Positions 12,038 through 25,860 of a DNA stretch of 50,951 nt are shown in pieces. Each line of letters opens with the position of its first letter. Position 1 is the stretch's first letter. The stretch is from positions 14,149,335 through 14,200,285 of the forward strand of contig NC_069005.1 of NCBI RefSeq assembly GCF_001194135.2, written 5' to 3'. The notes below the pieces were generated by a model. That model did no database searches. It saw only the letters and a program-made list of their open reading frames with translations, and was not told the origin of the DNA. The position numbers were made by a program, and so were the translations under genes. This stretch comes from Octopus bimaculoides (Eukaryota).

Positions 12038-13923
12038 TGTTCGTTCACACAGTCCAAGATTATCCTTATAGGTTCCATCCATGGTGGAAATGTCCAATTT
12101 ATTGGTTTCTTGTAGAGTTTCAAGGAATTCACTTGATGATTGTATATTGTATCTCTCTGGTATATATTCCTTTATTATACTATCTAGTTGTTTAGTAATT
12201 CTATTAGTGGGTGTATTGATTTGAAAGATTATAGGTCAGAGATAGTTATTTTGTTTGTATGTCTTAATAATGCAATAGATGTATCCAGGGCTAACTGCTC
12301 CTACTGCTTACTATTAATGATTGACCCTGTTTGGGCGTAAGCAGTAGCAATTAATTTGTTTGACTTCTACTTCAGCATTGTTTCTTTTCCTGATTTCTAT
12401 AAATTTACTGTTATTATGTGATATACTTTTGTAATGTATTTGTCTATAATAAGAGGCTCTGTGTGTATGTGATACCACACACACACACACACACACACGC
12501 ACACACCCGTCTCATTGTGCCACCCTTCATAGTTTGTCAATCAGTTATCACTATTTTAGATACTGGATTCTTAACTTGAATGATTAAGCAAGCAGAACTA
12601 TCAAAAAGATGCACTAGCAACAGGTGTACTTTTTTTAGAAAGAAGTGAAAATAGATAAGATGGGAAACTAGATAGGTCCTTAGTCAGGAATTATTAACTA
12701 ATATATATGTGTGTGTGTGTGTAATGGAAAAATTTAATGCTGGTACGAGTTGGATAGTGACATATTTATTTTGAACAAAAAAAACTGTATGTGAGTCAGC
12801 ATATATTAGCCAGAATTGTAGGGTAATGAAGAGCAATGAAAAATTATGCCTGCATAGATTAAGTATTATGAGTCTGTATCGTAAACACAGCACATAAGGT
12901 CACATACAAAGTTTATATTACGGCTCCCTTTACTCCTCCTGTTTAAAATCATTTCCTGAAGAGAATCCATATTAATATTTAGTAGATGAAATTGGGAGGT
13001 GGTGGTGGCGGCAGTGGCAGATTTTAACGAACCATTTTCACCATTCAAACAGGAAGCGCCTGTTAATTAGGATATGTTGTATAAAGGGTCTACGCATAGC
13101 TGTGTGGTGAAGAAGCTTACTTGGCAACCACATTGTTTCCTGGTTCAATCCCACCGTGTGATACCTTGGTTAAGTGTGTCTTATACCAGAGTTTTAGGTC
13201 GATCAATACTTGTTGGTGGAAACTGTACAGAAACCTGTTGTAAGTACAAAATGATAACCCCTGGCTGGGAGCCACTGTCTGATACTGACTCCAAAAATGA
13301 GAATAGACGTAAGCAAGGGATGCAACAGACTTGAAAACAGTTGTGAATCAGTGTAAAATAAACTAAAAAAATTTGGAAAAATTGAAGCAGGTCGTAATTT
13401 AACTTATGTGACCAGAATATAACTAGAAAACAAAATTCACATATAGCAAATTCAGCTCGGGGTCTGTGTAATTAAATTTATCTCTGAGTGCTTAATTGTC
13501 ATTGAAATTCTGTAAGCAAAACTGGTATTTGTCAAGAAACCTTAAACCTTTGTACTGGATTTATGGTGCCATTTTTTTGCCTTGCTCCATGAGGGAAGTT
13601 ATCTTGAGCACTTCATGTGCCACTGACAACCTCTCAGTACCTTTGTGTGTGTGTGTGTGTGAGTGATTATTTTAATATCTCTTTACCCATGCTTGCATGA
13701 ATCAAGCAGAATTTACTAAGGCTGATTTTCTACAGCTGGATAACTTTCCTGTCACTAACTTGTTTCCAAATAAGATAATAAATATTTCCCCATAATCAGA
13801 CATGTTTCCTCAGAATATTAGAAATGAATGATGCTGCTTGTATGGCAGTGACAATCTTTACAACTGTCATGTAATGTCAAATCAAGGAGACACAAACATA
13901 CAGTCTCTATCTGTCTGTCTATG

Positions 13924-13924
<1 letters not shown>

Positions 13925-13989
<65 letters not shown>

Positions 13990-13997
13990 ATGTGTGT
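13925..13997. repeat. Compound (CT)(TA)(TG) microsatellite
   Basis: Seen directly. Confidence 0.95.
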
Positions 13998-14256
13998 CAA
14001 AAAATATTAGTGCTCTAGAATATTGGTAATTTCTTCTCTGTATACTGCAGATGTATCAATCTATACGTCTTTCTATGACACAGCTGTAGTTTCTTGAGTA
14101 AATTCACTCCTGCTTTTGTTTTCAGCTTTGTCACTATGGCTTTAGATCCACACACTGTTGCTATGTTGCTGAGAAAAAGCAGCTCATAGATATACCAAAA
14201 ATTCAGCTTAATTTACAGGTGGATAGGCTAATTTGCATAATTGTCTTAAACAACCA

Positions 14257-14520
14257 TTAACTCTTTTGATTCTAACCTGCCTGAAACCGCCCCTAGTTCC
14301 AAAATACAAACACCATGTTAACCTTCAGTTACCATATTTCTATTAAAATACAGTTCCTTTGTTTCAATTAATTTTGAAAATAACAAAGAGTGTTTAAGCT
14401 GGTGTTTGAAACATAATAAATTACCAGGAAATTTTAATGGAAGGTTTTAGATCACTTCAGGCTGAAAGTTTATATCAGAACTTGGAGTGGTCTCAGCTGG
14501 GTTTTTATCAAAAAGGGTAA
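14257..14520 (+). mobile_element. TTAA MITE family B
   Basis: TTAACTCTTTTGAT...ATCAAAAAGGGTAA termini; homologous to 21870-22095. Confidence 0.7.
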
Positions 14521-14939
14521 ATAATGACAGCTATTTTACTAAATTCTTCATTATTTTGGACAAGTAAATTTAAACAAAGGCATTGTGTTTCAATAGAATT
14601 ATGGTAATAAAAGGCTTAAAAAATTAATAGTGCACCAACATAACAGTTTACCAAAGTATATTGTTAAGGTCTGTCAGGGGGTTTTTTTGGTGTCATTTTT
14701 GTGGCTGGTGCTTATTCTTTCTTTTTTTCTTCCTGCAAAGGGACCTAATGAGTACTACCTCTACCATAATCTAACTCCATCAGTTAATCCTACTAATAGC
14801 ATCTATCTAGAACATCCTGTTCACTCCTCTCCCAAAAATTTACTATTATCTCTTGAAGATAGATTTAGTAACTGACATTTGGATATTCCTAAATTGATTG
14901 TTATGGTTCAACTTTGATCAAAAGTATTTCAGATGTGAC

Positions 14940-14941
<2 letters not shown>

Positions 14942-15034
<93 letters not shown>
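14942..15034. repeat. (CT)n microsatellite, ~46 units
   Basis: Seen directly. Confidence 0.97.
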
Positions 15035-15036
<2 letters not shown>

Positions 15037-15579
15037 GCTATACTATTTCAGTGTCTCTTCCTACTTTTTTTAATTGAAGTAGGATATGATTTGAGGAAGA
15101 TATAGCTGCTATTTCTAGCCGCTGGTGCAACTTGGTTTGCTTTTGTACTGTGCTTCCAAGGTAGTGGTGCCAAAGGTGTAAATAGTTCCTTTAGCATATC
15201 TTTGATGCCATTTTCAGTGAGCTTCTATTCTCTTAATACTTTCCTTGTAATGTCAATAAATAAGTATTACATTTGATAGAATAATCTTAATGCTAAATAA
15301 AGGGTTGAGTTTCTTCTTAGATTCTATACTGGACACCTTTTCAACTCCTACCTTAATACTGAGCTTATAGTCCCTCATATCGAGGTTTTTCTGGTCTTGC
15401 TTTTCCCAGTCAAGAATAACAAAGTAATTATACTTTGCTTTCAATTTTCATGTTCTTCTTGGCAACATTACACACTGACCTTATAAGCCAATGATGCAGG
15501 TTTAGTGTCCAACAAAGAATTGCTACTGTTTAAATTTGTTGGAAAATAGATACCATTTCATCATCAGAATCTAACTTAC

Positions 15580-15621
15580 CGTAAGACTGGTTTGCTACTA
15601 AAACTGTATGGTCCAGTATCT
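15580..15621 (-). CDS. Candidate 42-nt symmetric internal exon (unknown product)
   Basis: A long AG-free stretch and polypyrimidine tract end at an AAG acceptor; donor ACG|GTAAGT. Two open frames (DTGPYSFSSKPVL or ILDHTVLVANQSY). No homology recognised. Confidence 0.25.
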
Positions 15622-16029
15622 CTTGTGAAAAAAGGAGCAGTGAACAGTAAAATTTGATTGTAAAATATTGAACAATAAATTTCATTTGAAAAACATTGCT
15701 AAAACAAGACTAGTTATACTAGAACTTCTAGTAACTACAACATTAATTTTTTCATCTCTTGTATGAGAAAAAGAGAAAGAAAAAGAGTTTGTGTTAATGA
15801 GTAAGTTTTGGCTGGTTTGTTTACATATCTAAAAATTCATTAGAAATAACGAGAACTTGAAACTGTTTTTCGTTACTGAGATCATCCAGGATACCAGCTT
15901 ATGTTTTGCAATGTGTTAAATCTCAGGTTATGTAAGAAAGTGTTATACTGATGACTGGTGTAGTAGCAGTATTTCAAACTGCTGCAGGAAACTAAGGATG
16001 TACTGAGAAAGAATTAATAAAATTAGTAA

Positions 16030-16900
16030 GAGGTGTGTAAGATACAGTTTGGGTTTGTACCAGGATGTTTCAAGTGTCCACTGGGTTTCTGTCCCTCAGC
16101 CCCCTTCCATGCATTATAATTCTTGGAGTAATATCTTCGGAGTTCAGGATTAGGTTTCTTTGAGAACTTTTATAAGCTAAATGACCTTGTTTCTCATTGT
16201 GCAAAACATAGTACATAAGTCAGTGCCATCTTAGCATATGGTCTACATGGTGATTTATACTTCAGTGTGCAGTTTAACCCTAACCAAGATCAGGGCATTT
16301 CATAGCATAGACTATGGATACTGCAGTAGACCATACACATAGCACCCATTAGTCTTTCTCACATAAGGTAGACCAATGTAGTTTGTAATAGAAAGCATAA
16401 AATCCTAGTGGTGTTTGTGGCTTTGCTCAGTGTGTAAGAAAGGAGTATGTAGGAACTCAGCACAGTGTACTTATTGCAAAAATAAAGGGGCACAAAGAAT
16501 AGCAGGATCTTTGGCAGGATGATATTGAATTAAAACTTAGAATGAACTTGTGGTAAATGCATTTGTGAAATAATTGATGGTTCATCTTACATAGATTGCC
16601 CAATTATTGCTGATGTTAATTAAGATTCAAGTAGATGAAATAATAAAAGAGAATTCAGCAGAGTTGTTACCTCCATTGGTAACACAGTCTCTATATTGAT
16701 ACAAAAGACACTCTGTGATGCAGTGAAGCATGTGTAAAGGTGTGTGATGTTGCATTGTAGTATGGCATTGAATAGGGAAGATAAGGAATTAGTTGAATAT
16801 CGTTTGCTAAATGTTAAACATTAATATGCAAAGAAAATGGAACACAAGTGTGGTGAAAGAATGGTTGAACATTGTGAGCTGTTGTAAGAAAGACAATTGT
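16030..16900 (+). mobile_element. RTE-clade LINE reverse-transcriptase fragment
   Basis: SVLSPLPCIIILGVISSEFRIRFL*ELL*ANDLV (for QGSVLSPLLF...ELLYADDLV), Cys motif CSVCKKGVCRNSAQCT at 16424-16471, and ELLPPLVT (for FRELLPLL). Confidence 0.75.
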
Positions 16901-17764
16901 AATGATGATATAGACTTGTGATATGAACAAATTATGATTACCAGTAGAAAAGTGCTGTATGCTAGTGGTGGTTGGGGTGTTTTGGCTCAGCTGATTTGGC
17001 CTTGAGACATTTTGGCTCCAAGGAAATTCTGTTTTTATCCTACATAACTTACTTGTTGAGGAGCACTGCTCATAATTACCAAATGGTTATGGCCAAGTTA
17101 TATTTTCAATAAATCTGCATTTAATATTTCATAAAGGGAGATAACTCCATTTTAACACATTTTCCCTTTATGTATGTTTTTTTTTTGCGTGTATGTGTGT
17201 GGGCAGTGAAGAAGGGATGTGCCTTTATTTGGTTTATTTTCAATACATTTTAGTGCCTGTTTCCTTTTTGTTGTTCTCTCTATTAGTGTTTTTCATGTGT
17301 AACATATTAATGTCTCTCACCCCCACCACTCTATGTGTATATTTCTGTATCAATCCAGTTCATTTTCATAACATTTTAATGTTTCAACCACCCTTTTTCT
17401 CTTGGTCTGTTTATCTGTTTATATGTATGTTCCCTGTGTGTGTGTGTGTATCTGCTGTCAGTGCCAAAACATCTATCACCAAGACTGGCTTTGCACCAAA
17501 CAGCCATACCAAATTGCCATTACCCAAACAGGTGTGTCCTGTCATCCCACATGGAAATAAGTTCTTAGCTCTCAGAATGTTTGGTTTCACAGACAAGATG
17601 ACAAATGATCAGAACAAATTGCAACAGATTATACTAGACCTGTCCAACACATGCAAACTATTGAAGAATGATGAAGCTGATGATAAAATTGGATATTTCC
17701 CTAGTCAATGGTGAAGAAAGAACAGTTCCTATCTTTTGAAGATTAATAGTGTTTTGCTTAGATG

Positions 17765-18090
17765 AAGGCATGGCTGTGTGGTAAGAAGCTTGTTTCACTA
17801 CCACAATGTTTCATGTTCAGTCTCACTGCATGGCACCTTGGACAAGTGTTTTCTATTATAGCCCTGGGTCAATTAAAGCTATGTGTTTGTGTGTATGTTA
17901 TTCTCTCCTTGCTTTGATAATGAGGTGTGTCCTTTGTTTCTGAAAACATCTTGCCATGGGGAAAATATCTTACTTGAAAATAGGTGAAGGTTGGCAACAG
18001 GAAGGGCATCCTGCCATAGAAAATCCACTACAACAAATCCTGTCCCACCCATGTAAGCATGGAAAAGTGGACCTTAAAATGATGATGATC
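17765..18090 (+). mobile_element. SINE family 1 copy
   Basis: AGGCATGGCTGTGTGGTAAGAAGCTT...GGTTGGCAACAGGAAGGGCATCC...GATGATGAT. Confidence 0.78.
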
Positions 18091-19408
18091 TTTAGTATTG
18101 AAAAGCACTTCACCACCCCATAACATCATCATCATTATCAATTGACAATGCTACACAATTGAATTATATTCTCAGAACATCATCTTTCTGTTTCAGTTCT
18201 GTGTCACTTAATATGAGAGGAGAGGAAAGTCCAAATTAGATAAAGTTTATTTGCTGTGAGGGGTGTAGAGTCTGAAGTTATTCCTTGCCCTTCATTTTAA
18301 GAGTAACAAAAGCAGAGAACAGGGCTATTGTTGATTAAGCTGGGGGCTATTGATAGTAAAATTCACTCTAATTATATCCTACTTCTACCTCGTGTACCTC
18401 CCACTTTCAACTCAAATCACCTTTTCATTTTGAGCAAACGAACTAACTTCCATGTGATAGTTGTTCTAGTCTCTCTGAAGATAGCAGTTAAATATCTCTT
18501 AAATCACATTCTATCATCTTAAAAGGACACTTGATAAAATTGTCCTAGATAAGATTGCCTGAATAAAAAATAGGATGATCATTGCTGAAGGGCGTTTTTG
18601 TTGAGGTTTACATAATCAGAGCTGACTCTGGGGCAAGCAACAATAACAATCATTCTTTCACTTTTCTTTTCTTTTTTTATCTTTTTTTTTCCAGCTAAGT
18701 AAATGTATTTGTTCTGACAATTAGGGTTCCGGTTGATCCAATCAACAGAACAGTCTGCTTGTTGGATTAACATGCAAGTGGCTAAGCACTCTACAGACAC
18801 GTGCACCCTTAACTTAGTTCTCAGGGAGATTCAGTGTGACACAGAATGTGACAAGGTTGTCTCCTTCTATTACAGGTGCAGCACATTTTTGCCAGCTAAG
18901 AGGGCCACAGCAATGTGAAATAAATTGTTGTGCTTAAAGACACAAAATGCCACCAGGAGTCAAACTCTTGACCATATGACCATGAGTCGAATACCCTTAC
19001 CACTATGCCATGCACCACATGATTTCTTTAGATGTTGTGCAAAGCCAGCTTTTATGAAAAGAAATTATAATGAATGAAATTAATTTTCAGTAATTTGTTT
19101 ACTTATTCTATCTGCCCTGTAAGGCAAAATTCACACCAGCAGGATTTTAATCTTATTTGATACCAACTCAGATAGGAATAATTCTGGTTCTATGATATCA
19201 GAAATCCTCTTTTCAAATGTTCATATTTAAATGTAAACCTATTACCATAATTTTATATGCTGAACCTTTCTTTGAGGTATATTTCTAAATATCAACTTAA
19301 TAATGAAAAAGTAGTCATTTTACTAAATTCTTGACTATCTTCTATATTAGTTGACACTTAATTCCTATCAGTCAATTGTTCTGCCATTTCTGTTAACTAA
19401 CCACTCTT

Positions 19409-19628
19409 TTAACCCTTCAGCATTCAGATTACTCAGTCAAATGTAATGCTTGTGTATTCACATCATTTTAAATTAATCATGCATTATTTCATAGCATTGA
19501 GATTATGTGATTGTTTATTTTTAAAATGATGCTGTAGGGTAGGTGTGAAAGGCCAGATCTGATAAGTCTTATAAAAACAGGTAGAATACTTTGGTTGGAT
19601 ATGACTGGTTTAAATGCTAAAGGGTTAA
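19409..19628 (+). mobile_element. TTAA-flanked MITE (piggyBac-type), family A, full length
   Basis: TTAA-CCCTTCAGCATT ... AATGCTAAAGGG-TTAA terminal inverted repeats with TTAA at both ends. Confidence 0.85.
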
Positions 19629-20192
19629 GCCTATGAAAAAAGTTTCTACATGATCACTAAATCTAGAAATAGCAACCAAATCTCTCACAATGCAGTCTTA
19701 ATTACATTATATCTGGAAAGGGAAAATGGTTATAGCTAAAGTCTTTTTCAGAATGATTAGGAGGTAAAACAACAAAAACTTAGTACCTTCACAATCTCAG
19801 ATCTTGGAAATGCCTTTTGCAGCCTGAAGAGTCAGTTGTTATCTTTAACTTCTTTGTGGTAAATGTCACAACTTATAAAAAAGTGGCCAATGTAATCATT
19901 TATCTCACTGCCCAACACTTGAGATATATATGTCCGCGTGTCCAACTATCTTCATTGCAATCCAGTCCAGCACTTTCTTTGCCATAGTTGCTGCCAATTT
20001 TCAACCATTCCTTCTATCCTGTTCATTAGGGTTCTAGAGTCAGAGTCGGAGGATCAAAGTTGGAAGCAGTTATTAGAGTCAGCAAAAATATATTGACTCT
20101 AACTAAATGTAAATTGTAATAAAGCATTAAAATTTTCAATTTCGCTGATACTGATGTGATTGTTTACTGTACTGAAAATAATTAAATCAGAT

Positions 20193-20400
20193 TTAACCCT
20201 TTAAGCATTCAGATTATTATGTTAATGCTTATTTATTCATTGAATTAACCATGCATTATGTCATAAATTTGAGATTTTGATGATGTGATAGTTTTATTCT
20301 TAGAATGACAGTATAAGATATGCTGGAAAGGTTGGATCTGGTCAGTTTGATCATAAAATAGGTAGAATATTTTGGCTGGTTTAAAATGCTAATGGGTTAA
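20193..20400 (+). mobile_element. TTAA MITE family A copy
   Basis: TTAACCCTTTAAGCATT...AATGCTAATGGGTTAA; internal homology to 19409-19628. Confidence 0.82.
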
Positions 20401-21239
20401 GGGCATTTCTGAAGAAGGATCTGGTAAAAGCAATTCTGTTTTTTGAGATCAAGTTGTTAGCAAATTTTGGATTTAGGTTTTTGATAACCCCTATTCTGTA
20501 GATAAAATGTTTCTTTAATAAATTTTGTAGGGATAAACTTTTCAATATTTTACAATATACAATTTTTTTTGTATATATTTCACTTAACGCAATCTTTCAT
20601 GTTACCTTTACATAAATTTTATATTCAAACAATGCTTTTATCTTGGAAGGGGATGGTTATTGTATCCCACTGAGTTTATTTCCTGACTTTGATGTACTCT
20701 AAATTGTAGAACTTGTAAACAAAGTTGTTCTTGTTTTTATAGTTTAATAAGTTATTTCTTTTATATCCTTCTGCTCTGCAGCTTTTATATAAAAAATTCT
20801 TTTTATAAATTTTCAAAGTGTGATCTTATGCTAAACAAATGTTTTTCCTGTATAGATCCAAACATGGGCAATGAAATCCTAGACAAAAAAATGTATCATG
20901 TAGTTTAATATTCATTGAATTTTATTTAGTATTATAGTTTTGCTAGGTTTATTATAATGTTCAGGTATCCTACAGAAGACTAAAGAAAAATTTCTGAAGT
21001 GACCACTGAACCTTTGTAAACGTTCATCTGCTGTAAACAAGTTAACAGAGTGGAAATAATAGCTAGTGTCATTGATATAAGTATTCAATGTTGTTTACTA
21101 CAAACAACCTGAACTGCAACAATGGTATTAGTAAAAGAGTAAAATTTATTCACAAATGTGAATTAGAAATTCTCGTTTCCCAATGTAGAACCCCTATGTG
21201 CGAAACTATTATAAATGACAATAACTAAGGTGTAGGTCA

Positions 21240-21770
<531 letters not shown>

Positions 21771-21869
21771 ATGTTTCAATACTGAAGGCATTAAAAATAT
21801 AGTATCACACCAAAATGAAATCCTCCTGGGCTGCTTTTAATGTACTTACCAACGGGAATCCAAGTTTCA

Positions 21870-22095
21870 TGTAATCCTTTTATTACCAAATTTTTTATTG
21901 AAATGCATTGCCTTTAATTTAATTTTGAAAATAATGAAGAGTTTAGTAAAATAACTTTTGTCATTATTACGCTGATGTTTGGAACATAAGTTGACATGAA
22001 ATTTTGGTGGAAGGTTTTTGTTTAAATCACTTTAAAAGGGAAAGTTTTTATCTGAGCTAGAATGATCTCAGGCATATTGGTATCAGAAGAGTTAA
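21870..22095 (+). mobile_element. TTAA MITE family B copy
   Basis: Shares TTAATTTTGAAAATAA...GCTGATGTTTGGAACATAA...ATCACTT...TATCAGAAGAGTTAA with 14257-14520. Confidence 0.68.
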
Positions 22096-22458
22096 ATGAT
22101 ATCCTACTGACATGAATGAGATTATTATTCTTTCATTCTTATGAGGTAAATAAAATACTCGTCAAGTACTGGTGTCAATGTGATAGACTTATTCCCTCCT
22201 CCAAAATTTACTGACCTTGTACCAAAATTTGAAGCCATTTAGGTGGTAAACTTGCAAAATTGTGAGGTTGCTGGACAAATTGCTTAGCTATATTTCTTTC
22301 AGTTCTTTACAATCTGCCAAGGTGAACTTTGCCTTTTGTCCTTTTGGGGTTAATAAAATAAAGTACCTGTTACATGCTAAGATCTAATGGTATCAATTAA
22401 CCCTCTTCCTAGAAACTGCTTCCTTTGTGCCTAAATCAAAAACTGTTATCATTATTAA

Positions 22459-22680
22459 GGCAGTGAGCTGGTAGAATCGTTAGTGCATGCTGGACAAAAT
22501 GTTTAGTGGCATTTTGTTTGTCTTTACATAATGAGTTCAAATTCTGCTGAGGTTGACTTGGCTTTGCATCCATTTGGGGTCAATAAACTAAGTACTAGTT
22601 GAGTACTGGGGTTGATGTAACTGACCAAACTCCTTTCCATAAAATTACAGGTCATGTGCCTATAATAGGAGAAACTATTA
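22459..22680 (+). mobile_element. SINE family 2 copy (further partial copies at ~22240-22400 +, ~26860-26990 -, ~36345-36490 -)
   Basis: GGCAGTGAGCTGGTAGAATCGTTAG...GAGTTCAAATTCTGCTGAGGTTGACTT...GGGGTCAATAAA. Confidence 0.8.
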
Positions 22681-23149
22681 TTGTTGTTATACCAGTTCCC
22701 TGCTCTACCATTTACACCATCATCTTTCCAAATTTTCCATCACTGTAAACTAAATACCTATTTCAAACAGTTTGCATCTTTGCCAAATTTTACTAAAATC
22801 AATAGTAATGTGGAGAAACATCATCATTGATTCAAAAATTAACCATTCTTTCACAAGACAACTTGGCATTTTCCTAGCTTTACTTGGACAACAGTCTCTG
22901 AAATTATATAGACTTTTTTTTATGTTGTTGCTTTATTTTATTTTATTTATTTAAGCCTTGTTTAAATTTTTCTTTAAAAAGTAGAATCATCCTTTACTTT
23001 CCTTTTCCTCTTCGTGTCTTTATAGGCAGTGCGATGGCGGGGGGGATGAGACAGACTGACAATAAATGTCATTAACACATCTAGCACAATCAGTCATTAA
23101 TTTTCACAAGCTGCATCAAACTAATTATTAGGTGAGAGAAAGAAAGACT

Positions 23150-24050
23150 GTGCCAGCCAGTGAATATTATACCTCTTACCCTTCCACTTCACAAATATCG
23201 CAATCTTTATTGGTTTTTTTCTTTTTTTCTTCTTTCATTTCCTCTGAACTCTTTGCTGTTTCATTTGTCATTAGGCCATACTTTAATTTCCTTAATTCTT
23301 TTGATGTGTATGTGGATATAATAACTTGTGCCTTGGGAGATAAAAATGTTTATGGCATACACCTGCATTTAAGTTGATCAGCAAATTTTTGTCAGATATC
23401 ATTAGTGTTTATTTAGTCTGATTGGTCCGTACATAATATACATACAGTATCAAGTGTGCACATTATGACTTTTTTTTTATGATAGAAGACCAGTTATTTC
23501 AAGCTTCATAGTAAATGCTTGTCCCAGAGTCAGGAGCTAAAACCTGTGCTGTTAGTTGGTTCTCTGACAGACTATAAACTTTCTCTCTGACTGTATACTT
23601 TTGCACAAAGTATGTCAGTAGCTGAGATAACTAGCAAACTCATTCGTCAAGTTCTCTTCAGTGTTGCCATGGCTTGCATCAATCAGCCTAGTTGTCCAAC
23701 AACTCTCAGATTAGAAATCGAGTTAGCCATGAGTTATTAGTGGCCTGAGAGTCTGCTTGCATCTGAAGTCAGTCGAGGGATGGAAGGTTTATCGTCCACA
23801 TATCTTATTGGTGATAATTTCTGTCAGGGTTCAAGTGAAGAGAAGATGGATCATTCTTGAGAATTTACTTTCCATAAATTATCTTGTTTTATTATTCACA
23901 GTCTGTTGAACTCATCAATATAATTCTAAGCTTTGTTTTCATTGCTTTAAACAGTTTTGGATGTATTCCCAGCTGTGAAGTAGGTACATGTATCACAGTT
24001 TCAATTCAGCAACCAGGCATTCTGTGTCACTTCGTTTGATGTGTTTTTTA
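23150..24050 (-). mobile_element. RTE-clade LINE 3' fragment
   Basis: Minus strand KLMANS...VVGQL...AMATLK, and RKLKYGLMTNETAKS..., resembling RTE TKLMTNS...AALTRLK and RKLKWYGHV..GLAK. Highly decayed. Confidence 0.55.
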
Positions 24051-25532
24051 ACCCTTTCAACACTATGAATGTTCCCTTTCTCTTGGTAACTAAACTACCA
24101 ACATTATGTGAAGAAGAGAAAACGGAAAAAGGAAACATTGCATGACTTTCCTCCAGATTGTAATTAATTTTATCTTCAATTCCAGTGAAATGTTTCTCTT
24201 TGTAAAATATCTAATTAATAAAAGTTAGAAGTGAAATCATGCTGAAGATTTCTAAAAAGAATGAAATAGTGCTAGATATGATTATCACCAACTAGAAATT
24301 GTAAGAACTTTCTAATAGAACTCTGTGCATCTTCCTTGTATTCAAATTTCTAATTCCGCCTCTTGTTGTTGTGATGAGATAGTTACCTCCCTTGTATCAA
24401 CAACCATAGCCATAGGGCAGCACATATATTTCAATGATTTTTGAGTTTTGTAAAATAACTTCCCTTTAATTCCTTTAATATATTAAGTTGGTACTTAAAA
24501 ATAACATTATGATGACAGTTTTACCCATAATAAAAAGATTTCAGTTGAAATTTAAAGTTAAACAAGAGTGCTTCATTACATGTAGTTTTGGGTAGTTTGA
24601 TCAGAGGCAGGACTTAACCAAATATATTAGTTACAGCAGCTAAAGCAAAAGGCATCTGTTTTGAAACAAACAATTACTCCAAGTCAATCTGCCAGAAATA
24701 ACTGTCAAACCCTCCTCATGTCACATCATACCCTCTTAAATAAAGGACAAGACAGGTAATGAATGTAATTCTAGAAATATCCCTAAAAAAGACAGGCTGG
24801 TTGTAGCTAGTATACTTTTGATCATTGGTTTGCTTGATTAAGGTCAACTTGGTGTTAAAACAAACAGATTATCCCAACTGTTTTTCTTCAAATTCAGTTT
24901 TCTAATCATATTCACAAGATTGTTCTTTCATCTTGCACTGATTAAAAAAAAGTTTGTTTGAAATTATTTTGTTATTCTTAAAATATTTCTCACTCAAGTT
25001 TAAAATGGGATTTGATGTCAAACTAGTGAATATTTTTAATAATTTCATTAGAAGAATGCAGAAGCACTAATCATTTGGAAAAATACGCACACATGTGATG
25101 TAATAGTAACTAAATGAATTAGATTGTAGCCATTGATTGATAACTGTTTTAAATTGTGGTACTGAAATAAAGTGTACCTCCTCACCTGCCCCACTCATAT
25201 TTTTTTTTACTTCATTATTTTCTTGCTTTTTAATATATGATTTAAATTTTAAGGCAACAAGTTGGCAGAATTGTTGGTACACTGGGCAAAATGCTTTGTG
25301 GCATTTCCTCTGTTTCTGTGTTCTGAGTCTTCTGTTGGGGTCAATGTAATGCCCCCCCCCAAATTGCTGGCTTTGTGCCAAAATTTGAAACCAATATATA
25401 TTTCATATTATTTTCTGGCTTTTTAAAAACATATTTTGCATATTTTGGGAGGAGTAGTACAATTCCTTGATGTTTCTTTCACTCTAAATCCCACTGTAAT
25501 CAACTTCTAGAATCATCAAACTACTATCAACA

Positions 25533-25729
25533 TCTCCAACATCATTTAATGTCCACGTTTCCATATTTGCATGGGTTAGACAATTTGTTGAGGCAGATTT
25601 TCTACAGCTGGATGTCCTTTCTGTCACCAACCATCACCAAGCAAGATATTTCCCTGTACCTGGATATGTTTTTCACAGAAACTTGAATGAACAACTCATT
25701 TACAGCCACCATGTAATGTTTAGCCAAGG

Positions 25730-25805
<76 letters not shown>

Positions 25806-25860
25806 AACTTCTTTCAGTTTCTGTCTACCAAGTTCGCTCACAAGGATTTGGTCCCAGTAA
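25533..25860 (-). mobile_element. SINE family 1 copy with (CA)n
   Basis: Reverse-complement homology to family 1. Confidence 0.75.
25729..25803. repeat. (CA)n microsatellite
   Basis: Seen directly. Confidence 0.97.

Noticed and set aside
13254-13310. ATG exon MITPGWEPLSDTDSKNENR with GTAAGC donor
   Set aside because: It overlaps GGCTGGGAGCCACTG, which resembles a hAT/Charlie terminal repeat; there is no other support.
15946-15960. Other CTGATGA occurrences (~11595, ~15948, ~17676, ~50522; minus ~1505, ~15562)
   Set aside because: None has a properly placed GAAA, helix I and NUH site, so they are not hammerheads.
23150-23325. Apparent minus-strand exon (AQVIISTYTSKELRKLKYGLMTNE...CDICEVEG, donor GTAAGA)
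   Set aside because: The peptide aligns with the decayed C-terminus of the adjacent RTE LINE (RKLK.YG...AK), so it is a TE relic.
25067-25381. 104-aa minus-strand ORF
   Set aside because: It starts in a SINE tail and the remainder has no recognisable motif.
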